Source of the DNA: Octopus sinensis
Taxonomy: Eukaryota
NCBI RefSeq assembly: GCF_006345805.1
Contig: NC_043021.1
Coordinates: forward strand, 2,790,001-2,854,000
Direction: 5' to 3'
Length of the DNA: 64,000 nucleotides
Made by a program: the position numbers and the translations under genes. Shown here in pieces: positions 28,161-41,655 of the stretch. The number at the start of each line of letters is the position of its first letter. Position 1 is the stretch's first letter. The notes beneath the pieces are model-generated. The model searched no databases. It was not told the origin of the DNA and worked only from the letters and a program-made list of their open reading frames with translations.

Positions 28161-28760
28161 GGGCGGTGAGCTGGCAGAAACGTTAGCACGCCGGGCGAAA
28201 TGCTTAGCGGTATTTCGTCTGCCGCTACGTTCTGAGTTCAAATTCCGCCGAGGTCCACTTTGCCTTTCATCCTTTCGGGGCCGATAAATTAAGTACCAGT
28301 TACGCACTGGGTCGATATAATCGACTTAATCCCTTTGTCTGTCCTTGTTTGTCCTCCCTATGTTTAGCCCCTTGTGGGTAGTAATGAAATAGGTATTTCG
28401 TCTGCTGTTACGTTCTGAGTTCAAATTCCGCCAAGGTCGACTTTGCCTTTCATCCCTTCGGGGTCGATTAAATAAGTACCAGTTACGCACTGGGGTCGAT
28501 ATAATCGACTTAATCCGTTTGTCTGTCCTTGTTTGTCCTCCCTATGTTTAGCCCCTTGTGGGTAGTAAAGAAATAGGTATTTCGTCTGCCGTTACATTCT
28601 GAGTTCAAATTCCGCCAAGGTCGACTTTGCCTTTCATCCTTTCGGGGTCGATAAATTAAGTACCAGTTACGCACTGGGGTCGATATAATCGACTTAATCC
28701 CTTGTCTGTCCTTGTCTGCCCCCCCCCCCCTCAATGTCTAGTCCCCTGTGTGCAATATAG
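28161..28760 (+). mobile_element. SINE family B with a triplicated 3' portion
   Basis: One head followed by three ~183-bp copies of ggtatttcgtctg...gccccttgtgggtag. Confidence 0.85.
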
Positions 28761-29439
28761 AAATGTGTGTGTGTGTGTGTGCGTGTGTGTGTGTGCTTGT
28801 GTGCTTATGTATCTATGCGTGTAATGCGTATGTCTTACAATCGTGTTAAAAGTGGTTTTATTTAGTGATATTATTGAATAATGTTTATAAGTGAAATATG
28901 CTTTGCCATTTATTGCCGTGCTGTTGCCATTCGATTGTAATGTTAAACCCGGGGCAAATACCAAATCGAATAAAATGAAATAAAATGAAATTAGAGATAA
29001 AATAAAATATAAACCGATATTTTCGTCCTGTAACAGTTGTGTATTGCTATTGTGGTTTAGTGTGAGAGACGAGCTAAACTAATCGCCCACGGTTTTTTTT
29101 TCCTTTCTTTCTTTCTTGTTTGCTTTTGTTTAATAACACACCTGATAAGTGAAAGAGAAGAAGAGGAGGAAGAAGAGATAATGAAAGGCCATCGGTCTTT
29201 TTGTTTTCTTTTCTTTCTTTTCTTTTTTGTCCTATAATAATAATTATCTCATGTGACCGAATCGCATCACAATAAGCAACCCACCGGGATTAAGACCAGA
29301 TTTTTTTTTATTTTCACTGTGGTACACGCCATCCCCAAAACTGAACGAATTTCCGTTAAAAAAACGACGGAAAAGAAGAAGATTAAAACATAACCAAGTG
29401 CTGCAGTAGAAACAACAGTGAAATAACAAGATTATAGTA

Positions 29440-29570
29440 ATGGGTTATTGCGATTTTATTTTGAGTTTAATTTTCGAGTATGATACTCCGAAGATCGTCC
29501 ACATCCACAGTAAGAAAGTCGGCGTCATCAATCGTTTATTACAACTGATTATAATAGGATATATTGTTGG
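29440..29570 (+). CDS. P2X: P2X purinoceptor (P2X4-like), coding exon 1 (N-terminus, TM1)
   Basis: ATG at 29440; MGYCDFILSLIFEYDTPKIVHIHSKKVGVINRLLQLIIIGYIVG with the P2X YxTPK motif and G-x-x-x-R-x-x-Q TM1 signature; ends GG|gtaagt (phase 2). Confidence 0.96.
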
Positions 29571-31539
29571 GTAAGTCATTGTATCTTCTTCTCTTTCTCT
29601 CGTTTTTGATGGTTTTTAAATTCTTTTATTTATATGAAATAACAAGGAAAGAAAAGATAGAAGATGGAGAAAAGAAGAAAGAGTCTTTGTACTCCCCCAA
29701 TATGATTAAAAATGGGAGTTTTCATATGTATATAAGGTATATATAACTGGTGCTAAGTACCAGTTGTTGATGAAGGACAGGCTCCTGGGAGAATGGAGGT
29801 GTTTTACGAGAGGGGTTTGATGAAAGTTTGCTGGTCGCAGTCTAAAGTAAGGATTATGAAACCTTGTCGGGTTTACAGAAAGAACAGATGACCCACCATC
29901 GACAACAAAAGGGCTGATGGAAGAAAATATTCTAGACCTAGATCTAGATGATTCTGGCTGAAAAAGGGGGCTGTTAGTGGAGATCAATTAAATGTCGTTT
30001 GGATACAGGCCTAAACTTGCTCAATTTGGGTCGAATTGCTTGGCTGAGGGTTGTTTTAGGACCCGAAAACATCTCGGATATACATGACGCTGACGACGTA
30101 TCCAAATATTACATCCATAAATATGTGTTGAGTTAACAACGTTTGCTGTTGTTGAAGAAACAACGATAAATCGAAAGCATTGTACTTACGAAATGTTTTC
30201 GTCAATACTCACACATGTTGTCACAATAGCCGCAACAGGATGTCTGTGCGAGACAGACATTCCTTCGAGTTGTAATAACGAAAGTGAAAATATTGACATT
30301 AGCGACAATATCCCGTTGACTGGATCGAATAGATGCCTCGCCCACTTTTTTTCCCCCTTTCTCATATTTCTTTTCTTTTTCGTTTCCTTTTTCAAAAGTT
30401 TCTTGCTATTTCTGAAGTTTTTCCACAACGGAGATTGCGACTTCACTAAAAGGAAAAAGAAACGGCTTTTCACATTTTTCTTATTCCCCCTTCTTCTCAA
30501 CATTTTTTTTCTTCTTTTTGACTTAAATTTAAAATAAAATTATTACAATTCTGCAAAAACATTTGTTTTTTAAAATTAAATTTTTTTTCAATCGCAAAAT
30601 ATATTTTTCTAAAATTTCTATACCCATTGCTTACAATAATTTTCGGCTTTCAATTTGTAATAATAAATTGAGAAAGTTCTCAATAGATACGTTGTAAACA
30701 CAGCTAGTTCACTTATACTAAACTTGGAATCTTTCGGTTTAAGATCATGTAGTGAAAGTGAAAAACAAAATCGTCAATGAAATGAATATCACCTGATCTA
30801 TTTGCATGATCTCTAGCATACCCTAAATGGTTATTTACTACCGAGTGCTACAAGGTAGAAATAAAAATTAGTGTTGTGAAGATTGAAACATTGGCCCTCA
30901 CTAGAGAACCTTCTCAGTGCATTCTGCATGTTAATGTGGGACATCACTGTGCCAGGGAGCCGTGTTCATCAGCGATGGAAGGCAGAAGTTTGAATTTGGA
31001 TGCTAAACTTGCAGGATCTTGCACAGTGGCGCAGGAGTGGCTGTGTGGTAAGTAGCTTGTTTACCAACCACATGGTTCCAGGTTCAGTCCCACTGCGTGG
31101 CACCTTGGGCAAGTGTCTTCTACTATAGCCTCGGGCCGACCAAAGCCTTGTGAGTGGATTTGGTAGACGGAAACTGAAAGAAGCCCGTCGTATATATGTA
31201 TATATATGCGTGGGTGTGTTTGTGTGTCTGTGTTTGTCCCCCTAGCATTGCTTGACAACCGATGCTGGTGTGTTTATGTCCCCGTCACTTAGCGGTTCGG
31301 CAAAAGAGACCGATAGAATAAGTAATGGGCTTACAAAAGAATAAGTCCCGGGGTCGAGTTGCTCGATTAAAGGCGGTGCTCCAGCATGGCCGCAGTCAAA
31401 TGACTGAAACAAGTAAAAGAGTGATGTGTCAGCCCCAACATTTGATCCACAGAAGAGAAAAGAGCCATTAAAAATGGTCAGACTTACTGTCTTTAATACA
31501 GTTTGAGAATTATTTTAGCTTCAATTTAATTAGCCAACA

Positions 31540-31935
31540 TCCATGAGCAGACTGAAAGAGTTGTATCAGGAATACAAGTGGCCGAAATGCGATTTCTCTG
31601 ATGGGTCTCTGGAGTAACCTTACTGGACTAGGTGCATAGACCAGAGATCAGATTGTCTCTCCAGGTTCAGCTGTTACTTCTCTGGATTGAAAGGTCATGG
31701 CTCTGGTCTTGCAGACATGAGATTAGAATGTCGCAGGAAAGAATTGCAAGACGGATTCTTCAAAGTGAGCCAAACTGGCAGGGACCCTAGGGACAGACTA
31801 AGAACAAAATGGTCGGATAATATCTATGATCTCAGTTGGTTATGTTTAGGAATACACCCAAAAAGTCTAACAACAGTTGCTTCTGTTAGGACCTGTGAGG
31901 ACTCTTCCACCCATGACCCTCCTACAGATAGTTGA
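31540..31935 (+). pseudogene. RTE-clade LINE 3' fragment, degenerate
   Basis: IQVAEMRFL*WVSGVTLLD...GRDPRDRLRTKWSDNI resembles the RTE ORF C-terminus; ends in (GGAT)n. Confidence 0.65.
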
Positions 31936-32539
31936 CAGAGAAAATGGTTGAATGGATGGATGGATGGATGGATTCATTCATTCATTTTGAAAAGTCCAAG
32001 TGGCCCTTCATGAATGATAATTGATTATGAAATAACAGTGAATGTCTGAATCTCTTATGACTAATATATGAAAGTAAAAATATTTAATTTGTAGAGTAAT
32101 AATGTGCATTAGAACTAAAAAGATTGCATAAATGGCTGGTTTAAATGGTTTATTTGCTAGCAAAATAATTTATTTACATAAATGGCTTATTTGCTAGCAA
32201 AATAGACGTAATGCACTTAATAAATTTTGTTTTCATATCACTTTGGTTTTACAAGAATGTTATTGAACAACTTCAGTTGAATTAGATGAAAGTTAGAGAT
32301 AAGGAAACTGGTTTTTCCATTATCAAGTGCTTTCAAATTTCCAAATGTGGCCATCACAATAAGTATGGCTTGTGTCGGTGTGTAACATGCATCGGCTAAT
32401 GGGGTTTTTTTGGCACCTCATGGACATCTAAAAGTTCACGAGCAGACATAGACATCCTTCTTGATGCTGTGATACCTGAAGGGAAAGAAGACTGCATTAC
32501 GACTGACTTTGTTTCCATGAATTTTGTAAAATCTATCTA

Positions 32540-33310
32540 TCTATCCGCTCAGTCGAAGTTGACTCTCGGTTACTCGATGGATCAGTGTCCTCCAGTCAGT
32601 TCTATCCTGGGCCGCTTCTTTCAGATTGGCTATGTCCATTACGGTATCACTCTTGATGGTGTCAAGCCAGCGGGTTCTTGGTCGGCCTCTTCCTCTCTTG
32701 CCACTGACCATTCCGTATATATATATATATTATATATATATCCGCTCAGTCGAAGTTGACTCTCGGTTACTCGATGGATCAGTGTCCTCCAGTCAGTTCT
32801 ATCCTGGGCCGCTTCTTTCAGATTGGCTATGTCCATTACGGTATCACTCTTGATGGTGTCAAGCCAGCGGGTTCTTGGTCGGCCTCTTCCTCTCTTGCCA
32901 CTGACCATTCCGTATATATATATATATATATATATATCCGCTCAGTCGAAGTTGACTCTCGGTTACTCGATGGATCAGTGTCCTCCAGTCAGTTCTATCC
33001 TGGGCCGCTTCTTTCAGATTGGCTATGTCCATTACGGTATCACTCTTGATGGTGTCAAGCCAGCGGGTTCTTGGTCGGCCTCTTCCTCTCTTGCCACTGA
33101 CCATTCTGAGCATGATGTCCTTCTCCAGGGATTTTCTCCGCATAATATGACCAAAATATGCCAATCCATGCTTGGTGATCCTAGCTTCTAGCGACATTTT
33201 CGGCCCTATCTGCTTAAGAACTTCTCCATTGGTGAGCCTCGCTGTCCATGGAATCCGTAAAAGTCTTCTCCAACACCAAAGCTCGAATGCATTAATTCTC
33301 TTCTGGTCAT
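32540..33310 (-). mobile_element. RTE (BovB-like) LINE 3' fragment with its terminal ~170 bp in three tandem copies
   Basis: RRINAFELWCWRRLLRIPWTAR-TN...LAYFGHIMRRKSLEKDIML-MVSGKRGRGRPRTRWLD...AAQDRTDWRTLIHRVTES; copies separated by (TA)n. Confidence 0.9.
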
Positions 33311-33834
33311 TTGTAAAATAACTTTGTTATTATTAAGCTGGTGTTTAGAACATAAATTAAATGGGAATTTTAATGGAAGGTTTTGATTTATGCCACTTTA
33401 AAACAAGAAATTTATACCATAAAACCAACGTTGGTCAGAAACAAGTTAACCTTTTTGATGCCAGCCAGCTTTCAAGACTGCCCTGGTTCTCTAATACAAA
33501 CTTCAAGTTTTTACGGGATCTGAATCAGAACCTTCCATCAAAATTTCATGTTAATTTATGTTGTAAACCCTAGATTAACAATAAATAGTCATTATTTTTT
33601 CTCAAAATAGATAAGTCTTCAGATTAAATAACAAAAGAAAAGGTTCACTACCCTGATAAAGGCTCCCTACACTGATAGATATTCCCTATCCTGATAGAAT
33701 GTGCCACCCAGCTTCTGAAATACCCTGAAGTATATACAAAAATAAATATCTTATTCAAAAAGCAAGGTAGACAAATATTTTGTCTTTTGTACATAAAATA
33801 GATTCTCCCACTAATTACAGCATTATCGTTATAT

Positions 33835-34085
33835 GTTCCCTACCCTAATAGAAGTTCCCTACCATGGTAGAGGTTTCCTATCCTGACAGAGGTTCCCTAT
33901 CCCAATAGAGGTTCCCTACCCTGACAGAAGTTTTCTATCCCAACAGAGGTTCCCTATCCCAATAAAGGTTCCCTATCCCAATAAAGGTTCCCTATCCCAA
34001 TAGAGGTTCCTTATCCTGACAGAGGTTACCTATCCCAACAGAGGTTCCCCACCCTGACAGAGGTTCCCTATCCTGATAGAGGCTC
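33835..34085. repeat. 19-bp minisatellite
   Basis: agaggttccctatcccaat / agaggttccctatcctgac units; further units at ~33640-33698. Confidence 0.85.
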
Positions 34086-35711
34086 CCTCTAAATAGTTTA
34101 TTTTTAATCCTTTCCCATTCAAGGCACATACGTTAAAACAAAAGTGTGAAACCTCTTCTGTTCCCGGTGGAAAGTGGAATGACATAAAAAGTAGGTTTTT
34201 TTAGTTTCCTATTCTACAATAAATATTTAAAACAATTTCTGCACAGATGTAGTTTTTCACATCAATTATGAAAACCATAACCATTTTTTGAGATATTAAG
34301 AGCAAAGAAGTTATGAATCTTTAAATATTGAAATTGTTTGGAATTTCTAGAAAAAAATTGGATCTGGTATGTGACATCGAAAATATCCTAAAATTCTGTA
34401 GAATGTTTCTGTGTTGGAAGAAAAAAGGAATTTTTAATTTTAGAATTTCATGAATTGACGTAAAATAACTCAGGCAACATTAATTAAAGTGTTATAATAC
34501 ATTAATTAGTCACACGATTATACTAATTTGATGCAAACATGAAAGGCACCACAGAGTATAATGTTGAGATTTTTATGAAAAATAATTTAAACAAAATGAA
34601 GTTTGTTTAGAATAATATAATTTTGAAGACAGGTGGTGCTCCAGCATGGCCACAACCAAATGACTGAAACAAGTAAAAGAATAAAAGAACATAAGGAGTC
34701 ATGAATTATTAGAATGTCAGAAAAAAGTGTTTTGCAGAATTTGTTTCAATTCTTTACGCTGTGAGTTCAAATCCAACTGAGATTTAACTTTGCCTCTCAT
34801 CCATCTGGGGGTCAATAAAATAAAGTACCGACCAAGTACTGGGGTCAAAGGCATCATCAAACCCTTTCCTTCAAAAAATTGTTGGTGTTGCACCTAAATG
34901 AAAGTTTTCTTTAAGTCAGCCTACCTTAATTGGCTGAGCACTTGGCGCTGAAAATTTGAATTATATGCTGGAAAATACGGTATTTGGCAATCGGCTAACA
35001 ATTTGACCAAGTAACTAATTAATTGTTTGATTAATTCCTCAGTCAATCAATCAATCAGTCATCATCATTCACAACTTCTTCAATAATATATCCAAGTCTG
35101 CTTCAGGTTTGTTTGGTTTTCACTTGCATAATGGCCCTCCTTATATATAGCACGATGTCCAAGTGGAATAATATATATAAATATATCATCGTGATCACCG
35201 AGACCGACCAGGCTATCAGATGTTGCTACACATCGCTGGTCACAATGCGCTTCACATTGTTTTAGCCTTCAAACGACGCCACCCCGCTGGCTAAGCAAGC
35301 AGGCCAACAGAAGAAAGAGTGAGAGAAAGTTGTGGTGAAAGAGTACAGCAGGGATCACCACCACCCCCTGCTGGAGCCTCGTGAAGCTTTAGGTGTTTAC
35401 GCTCAATAAACACTCACAACGCCTGGTCTGGGAATCAAAACTGCAATTCTACGACCGCGAGTCCGCTGCCCTAACCACTGGGCCATTGCGCCTCCACATA
35501 TAAATATATGAAAGGTATTAAGTTTGGTCGATATAATTCCTTTGTATTGAAAAAAAAAATGTGCCACCCAGTTTCTGAAATACCCTGAAGTATACACAAA
35601 AGTAAATATCTTATTCAAAAAGCAAGGTAGACAAATATTTTGTCTTTTGTACATAAATTAGATTCTTCCACTAATTACAGCATTATCGTTATATGTTTCT
35701 GTCTTTGACAG

Positions 35712-35865
35712 GTATGTTATTATCTACAACAAAGGTTACCAAGAATTTGATTATGTAGTTGGATCTATCAGCACGAAAGTAAAAGGCATTTCTTTGACAA
35801 ACCGAACAATTTTGTCAGACAAACCTGGAATCTGGGATGTGGCAGACTATGTTGTTCCACCTCAG
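35712..35865 (+). CDS. P2X: P2X exon 2
   Basis: ttgacag|G; YVIIYNKGYQEFDYVVGSISTKVKGISLTNRTILSDKPGIWDVADYVVPPQ|gtgaga; KGYQ, ATP-binding TKVKG lysines, WDVADY; 154 nt, phase 2 to 0. Confidence 0.96.
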
Positions 35866-37281
35866 GTGAGATAAACCGAAAATAATTTCTTAAAAAGGGT
35901 TAGTGACATTTTGGTGAACTGGATTCTTTGGTTTCTCTATGGAACCAGATTAACTGCAATGCTGCTAATAATGAAAGTGATTGAGCAATAGCAGAGAAAC
36001 GATTGATTTGTATCCTTTAATTTTTGGTGGGATTTGGTATCTAATGAAAACATTTTACCCTCGACTCTACCAGTCCATTATCATCATCATCATCATCATC
36101 ATTGTTTTAATGTTCGCTTTTCTATGCTTGCATACTCTTTTACTCTTTTACTTGTTTCAGTCATTTGACTGCGGCCATGCTGGAGCACCGCCTTTAATCG
36201 AGCAACTCGACCCCGGGACTTATTCTTTTGTAAGCCTGGTACTTATTCTATCGGTCTCTTTTGCCGAACTGCTAAGTAACGGGGACATAAACACACAAGC
36301 ATCGGTTGTCAAGCAATGCTAGGGGGACAAACACATACACACAAACACACACACACATATATATACATATACATATATACGACGGGCTTCTTTCAGTTTC
36401 CGTCTACCAAATCCACTCACAAGGCTTTGGTTGGCCCGAGGTTATAGTAGTAGACACTTGCCCAAGGTGCCACGCAGTGGGACTGAACCCGGAACCATGT
36501 GGTTGGTAAACAAGCTACTTACCACACAGCCACTCCTGCGCCTTGGTTGGATAGAATTTGTTGAGGCAGGTTTTCTTTGGCTGGATACCTTCACCAACCT
36601 TCACCTGTTTCCAATATTTCCCCGTGACCAGACATGTTTTCATGGAAGACTGGAAATGAAGGACACTGCTTGTATGACAGTAACAGTACCCAGTCCACAC
36701 TGTAAAGGGGTTGGTGTTCGGAAGGGCATCCAGCTGTAAAAATTCTGCCAAAACAGTTACAGAAGTCTGGCACAGGCTGCTGCCTGGCTGATTCTTGTCA
36801 AACCATCCCACTCATGCCAGCATGGAAGGTGGACGTTAAATGATGATGATGATGGTAAAAAGCACCCACTACACTCACGGAGTGGTTGGCGTTAGGAAGG
36901 GCATCCAGCCGTAGAAACACTGCCAGATTTGACTGGGCCTGATGAAGCCTTCTGGCTTCACAGACTCCAGTAGAACCGTCCAACCCATGCTAGCATGGAA
37001 AACGGATGCTAAACGATGATGATGATGATGATGATATATGTATGTATGTGTGTGTATGTGTTGATCCATTAACTCCTATACATTTTTCCCTCTCTCTGAT
37101 TTTTTTCATTCTTTCTCCATTTTCTTCCCCTCAATCCTTTCTGTCAAAGAGCACAGGTTCAAAATGTCAAAGACTTTTCCGTTCTTCCCAAGCATCAAAC
37201 GAATACACCTGCTTCTTGTTCATTCACCTGTCCTTTGTCTTTTGGTTCCTGTAAATTCGAACATATCTTGATATTTTACAG

Positions 37282-37350
37282 GAGAACGGGGCTGTGTTTG
37301 TAATGACCAATGCTGTTATAACTTACAACCAGACTCAAAGGTGTCCCCAG
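37282..37350 (+). CDS. P2X: P2X exon 3
   Basis: ttttacag|ENGAVFVMTNAVITYNQTQRCPQ|gtaagt; FVMTN motif and first ectodomain Cys; 69 nt, phase 0 to 0. Confidence 0.95.
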
Positions 37351-38078
37351 GTAAGTAAACTACTACTACTAATAATACTACTACTACTACTACTAGAAAT
37401 GCTTTTATTGTTGTTCTTGCTACTGTTGTCAATGCTACGGCTATTACTGTGAGTAGAGTGAAAGTGTGAGGTGATAAAAGTGTGACTGGTGTTCACTGAT
37501 ACTATAAAGGAGATATCACCATGGATAAAGTCCAAGAAGATTAATAAGGAAGATATCACCATGATTAAGGTCCAAGAGGATTAATAAGGAAGATATTTCT
37601 CAATACATACTGCTGTTATGCCTTCACTCCCTCATTTTATGCCTACATCATAGATGGGTAGATTTGCAAGTATATATATATATATATTATTTATATTATT
37701 ATATGATTGAACGCCACGCATCCTCTTCCAACTAAGTTTTGAAACACGTTGGAGTTGAACTAGGGACGGCTGATGAAGGGGATTTTTCCTTGTGTAGTTG
37801 TCTTGTACTCTGTTTTTTCGTTGTTAAAGGAATGGTCCGTTCCATGCTGTTTTTACTTTTTCGTTTCTCGTTGAGTTCTACGTCTATTTGTGGTGTCCTG
37901 TACACACGTATATATATTTATATATGCATGTATGTATACATGTAGATGTAGGTACGTACATATATGTTTGTATGTATGCATATATTTTATTTATTACACT
38001 ATTGTATGACTGAGCGCCCTCGCGTCGATTCGATTCGATTCGTTTGGTTTCGTTTTGTTTCTTCTTCTTCTCTAAGCT

Positions 38079-38127
<49 letters not shown>

Positions 38128-38527
38128 ACACACACATATGCCACAAGATTACCACCTACTCAATACCCCCTCCTCTCTCAAAGGGTCTTAGTCTTACAAG
38201 TTATTTGGTGACCCTTCCAGTGCTGGTGCTACATAAAAAGCATCGAGTCCTCAATGTAAAGTGATTGGCATTTGGAAGAGCATCCAGTTGTAAAGACCAT
38301 GCCAAACTGACCTCTCCTGTGCTGGTGCCACATAAGCATTCAGTCCACTCTGTGGGGTGGTTGGTGTTAGCAAGGGTATCCACCCTGCCAAAGCAAACAC
38401 TGAAGCTTGGTGCAGTCTTCTGCCCAACCAGCTCCTCTCAAGCCGTCCAACCCATGACAGCATGGAAGGAAGACGTTAAATGATGATGAAGTCAGACAAA
38501 ATAGGTATCTATCTATCTATCTATCTA

Positions 38528-38673
<146 letters not shown>

Positions 38674-39323
38674 CACCCACTACACTCATGGAGTGGTTGG
38701 CGTTAGGAAGGGCATCCAGCCGTAGAAACACTGCCAGATCAGACTGGGCCTGATGCAGCCTTCTGGCTTCACAGACCCCAGTTGAACCGTCCAACCCATG
38801 CTAGCATGGAAAGCGGACGCTAAACGATGATGATGATGATGATGATATATATATATATTGGTCAGTCGAGTAAGTTTCTTACAGAGTAACAGTTACAGTT
38901 TATCATTTAAGCAAGCTGTTTTGCCTCAAGTATTGGATAACCAAGTATTTGATAACAAAGTTGATTATCTTAAAAAGAAACATCCTGTTATCTAATATCC
39001 AATATCCACTGTGTGTATCCAATGTTAAATTGATTTGTAAGAAAGATGAAAATGGATCTGTAAAACTTTGCATGTGTGTACGTGTGTGTGTTTGTGTGTG
39101 CGTAAATATGTATATCTTATCTAGCTATTTATGTGCATGCATGTATGTATATGTGTGTGTATATACATATATATGTGTGTGTGTGTATATATATATATGC
39201 ATGTGTGTGCATCTCCATATGTGTGTGTGTGTATGTATGTATATATATATATATAAAATGTATAAATATATGCATATATACATACATATATGTACATACC
39301 TACTTATATATGTATATATACAT

Positions 39324-39524
39324 CAGTGCTTTTCAAACTTTTTGCTGAAGCGGAACCCCAAGGAAACATTCCACTGGCTCGAGGAACTCCTGTGCAATAA
39401 TTTAATTGTTTTATGCACACATATCTGCACAGGAGAATTAAAAATTACTGTCGATTTTAGCAGTTTTGTAACTTCTTGCGGAACCCCTGGACTGTACTGG
39501 TGAAACCCTGGTTGAAAACCACTG
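39324..39524. mobile_element. hAT-type MITE (second copy)
   Basis: CAGTG...CACTG termini with a perfect 8-bp TSD ATATACAT. Confidence 0.9.
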
Positions 39525-40915
39525 ATATACATGCATATCTGAGTACAGGACATCAAAAAAACGTTGAACACAATGAGAAACGAAAACATAAAAACAAAAA
39601 CATAGAAACGAACTTTTTTCAAACAACAAAAAATATAGAGAAATGAGACATGCAACATAAAGAATATTCCCCTTCATCAGTTGTCCCCTGTTTCATCTAC
39701 TCCGTGTTTCAAAGGTAAGGACAAGACACGACTTCATTGAAACAGTCCTTCCTGCAAAGCAAATTAAAATAAAATTTGGGATTTTATTGTGGAGGGTGAA
39801 AGTGGTAACAAGGACAGGACAGTGAGCACAAAACAGTAAAAACAAATGTTGAGGGCTGTTAAGCCAAGACGAGGAGTGGCTGTGTGGTAAGTAGCTTGTT
39901 TACCAACCACATGGTTCCAGGTTCAGTCCCACTGCGTGGCACCTTGGGTAAGTGTCTTCTACTATAGCCTCGGGCCGACCAAAGCCTTGTGAGTGGATTT
40001 GGTAGACGGAAACTGAAAGAAGCCTGTCGTATATATGTATATATATATATGTGTGTGTATGTGCTTGTGTGTCTGTGTTTGTCCCCCTAGCATTGCTTGA
40101 CAACCGATGCTGGTGTGTTTATGTCCCCGTTACTTAGCGGTTCGGCAAAAGAGACCGATAAAATAAGTATGGGGCTTACAAAAGAATAAGTCCTGGGGTC
40201 GATTTGCTCGATTAAAGGCGGTGCTTCAGCATGGCCGCAGTCAAATGACTGAAACAAGTAAAAGAGAGAGAGTAAGAGTATATATATATACACATAGTTA
40301 ATTCGAGGATGTTAAGTTTGCTTTAGGGATTATATAATCCAAGGTATTCCACTGGTTCAATCCGTATCATATAATGGTAAAGTCATTTGTATATGTTTAG
40401 GATTATTGAAATTATTAACAGAGGGAAAAACAAGGGGAAGAAAATGGAGAATAAATGGATGTAATTTCTGAATAGTCCTCACTAAAACCATCCAACCCAT
40501 GCCAGCATGGAAAGCAGGTGTGTGTATATATATATACACACATATATATCATAGTTATGTAAATCCTGAAAGTATATATAATTCTTTACTACCCACAAGG
40601 GGTGAACATAGAGGGGGACAAACAAGGACAGACAAAGGGATTAAGTTGATTACATCGACCCCAGTGCGTAACTGGTACTTTATTTATCGGCCCCGAAAGG
40701 ATGAAAGGCAAAGTCGACCTCGGTGGAATTTGAACTCAGAGCATAACGACAGACGAAATACGGCTACACATTTCGCCCGGCGTGCTAACATTTCTGCCAG
40801 CTCGCCGCCTTTATATACACATATATATCATAGTTATGTAAATCCTGAAAGTATATAAGTTAGTCTGTGTAAATTCTTAGAGTCCTGTTTAAATATCAAT
40901 GTCTATGTGTTGCAG

Positions 40916-40988
40916 GATGTTGCTTCCGGTGACTTTTGTACCTCCGACGCTGACTGCCCAGCTGAAACAAAGATACCAAGTGGCGATG
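40916..40988 (+). CDS. P2X: P2X exon 4 (head domain)
   Basis: ttgcag|DVASGDFCTSDADCPAETKIPSGD-G|gtaagt; C-x-x-D-x-D-C motif; 73 nt, phase 0 to 1. Confidence 0.94.
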
Positions 40989-41561
40989 GTAAGTAGTTTT
41001 GTGGATTTACGTTCAGTCCAAGATTATCCTGATCCAGGACACCTTAAACATTGTGTTGAAATAAAATGGATCTTTGTTTAGATTAGGGGTTGGCCAAACG
41101 GTCAAAAGTGAACCCCAGGGTCCATGTAGATATCCAAGGGGGTTGATAAACAGCCAAAACAATTTGGGGTATTAAGCTTTTTGTTACTACATTTCAGTTA
41201 AAATACACCACATTTGTTTGAATAAATTTTCTAAATTTCAGGTTGGTATTTTCCAAACACCAGCTTAATAATGATAAATACCATTTTGATGGAAGGTTAT
41301 AGTTTAGATCCTTTTAAAATGCAAAGTTTGTAACATAGAACCAAGGCCTTTTTCAGGTGGATTGGTATTAAAAGGGTTAAGGGTGTTGAAATGTAAGTGA
41401 ACTCAATCTGAAACTTAGGAATGAATTTTTATTGGTGGTGATGATGATGGTGGTGGTGGTGATGGTGGTGGTGGTGGTGATGATGATGGTGGTGGTGGTG
41501 GTTTTGATGATGATGCATTCAAAAGGTTCTAGATTATGTGAAGTGATTTTATATTTTCCAG

Positions 41562-41655
41562 GCTTCAGAACTGGTCTCTGTGTAAACTCTTCCCAAAATG
41601 GCACTAAAGTCTGTGAGATTTATGCCTGGTGTCCATTTGAAAATGATACTTTAAG
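41562..41655 (+). CDS. P2X: P2X exon 5
   Basis: ttttccag|(G)FRTGLCVNSSQNGTKVCEIYAWCPFENDTL(S)|gtaagt; TGxC and CEIxAWCP motifs; 94 nt, phase 1 to 2. Confidence 0.96.

Noticed and set aside
37770-37800. CTGATGA hairpins (also ~39660-39690 and ~54460-54500 on the minus strand) as hammerheads
   Set aside because: The GAAA half or the CUGA core is missing or mutated; at most dead relics.
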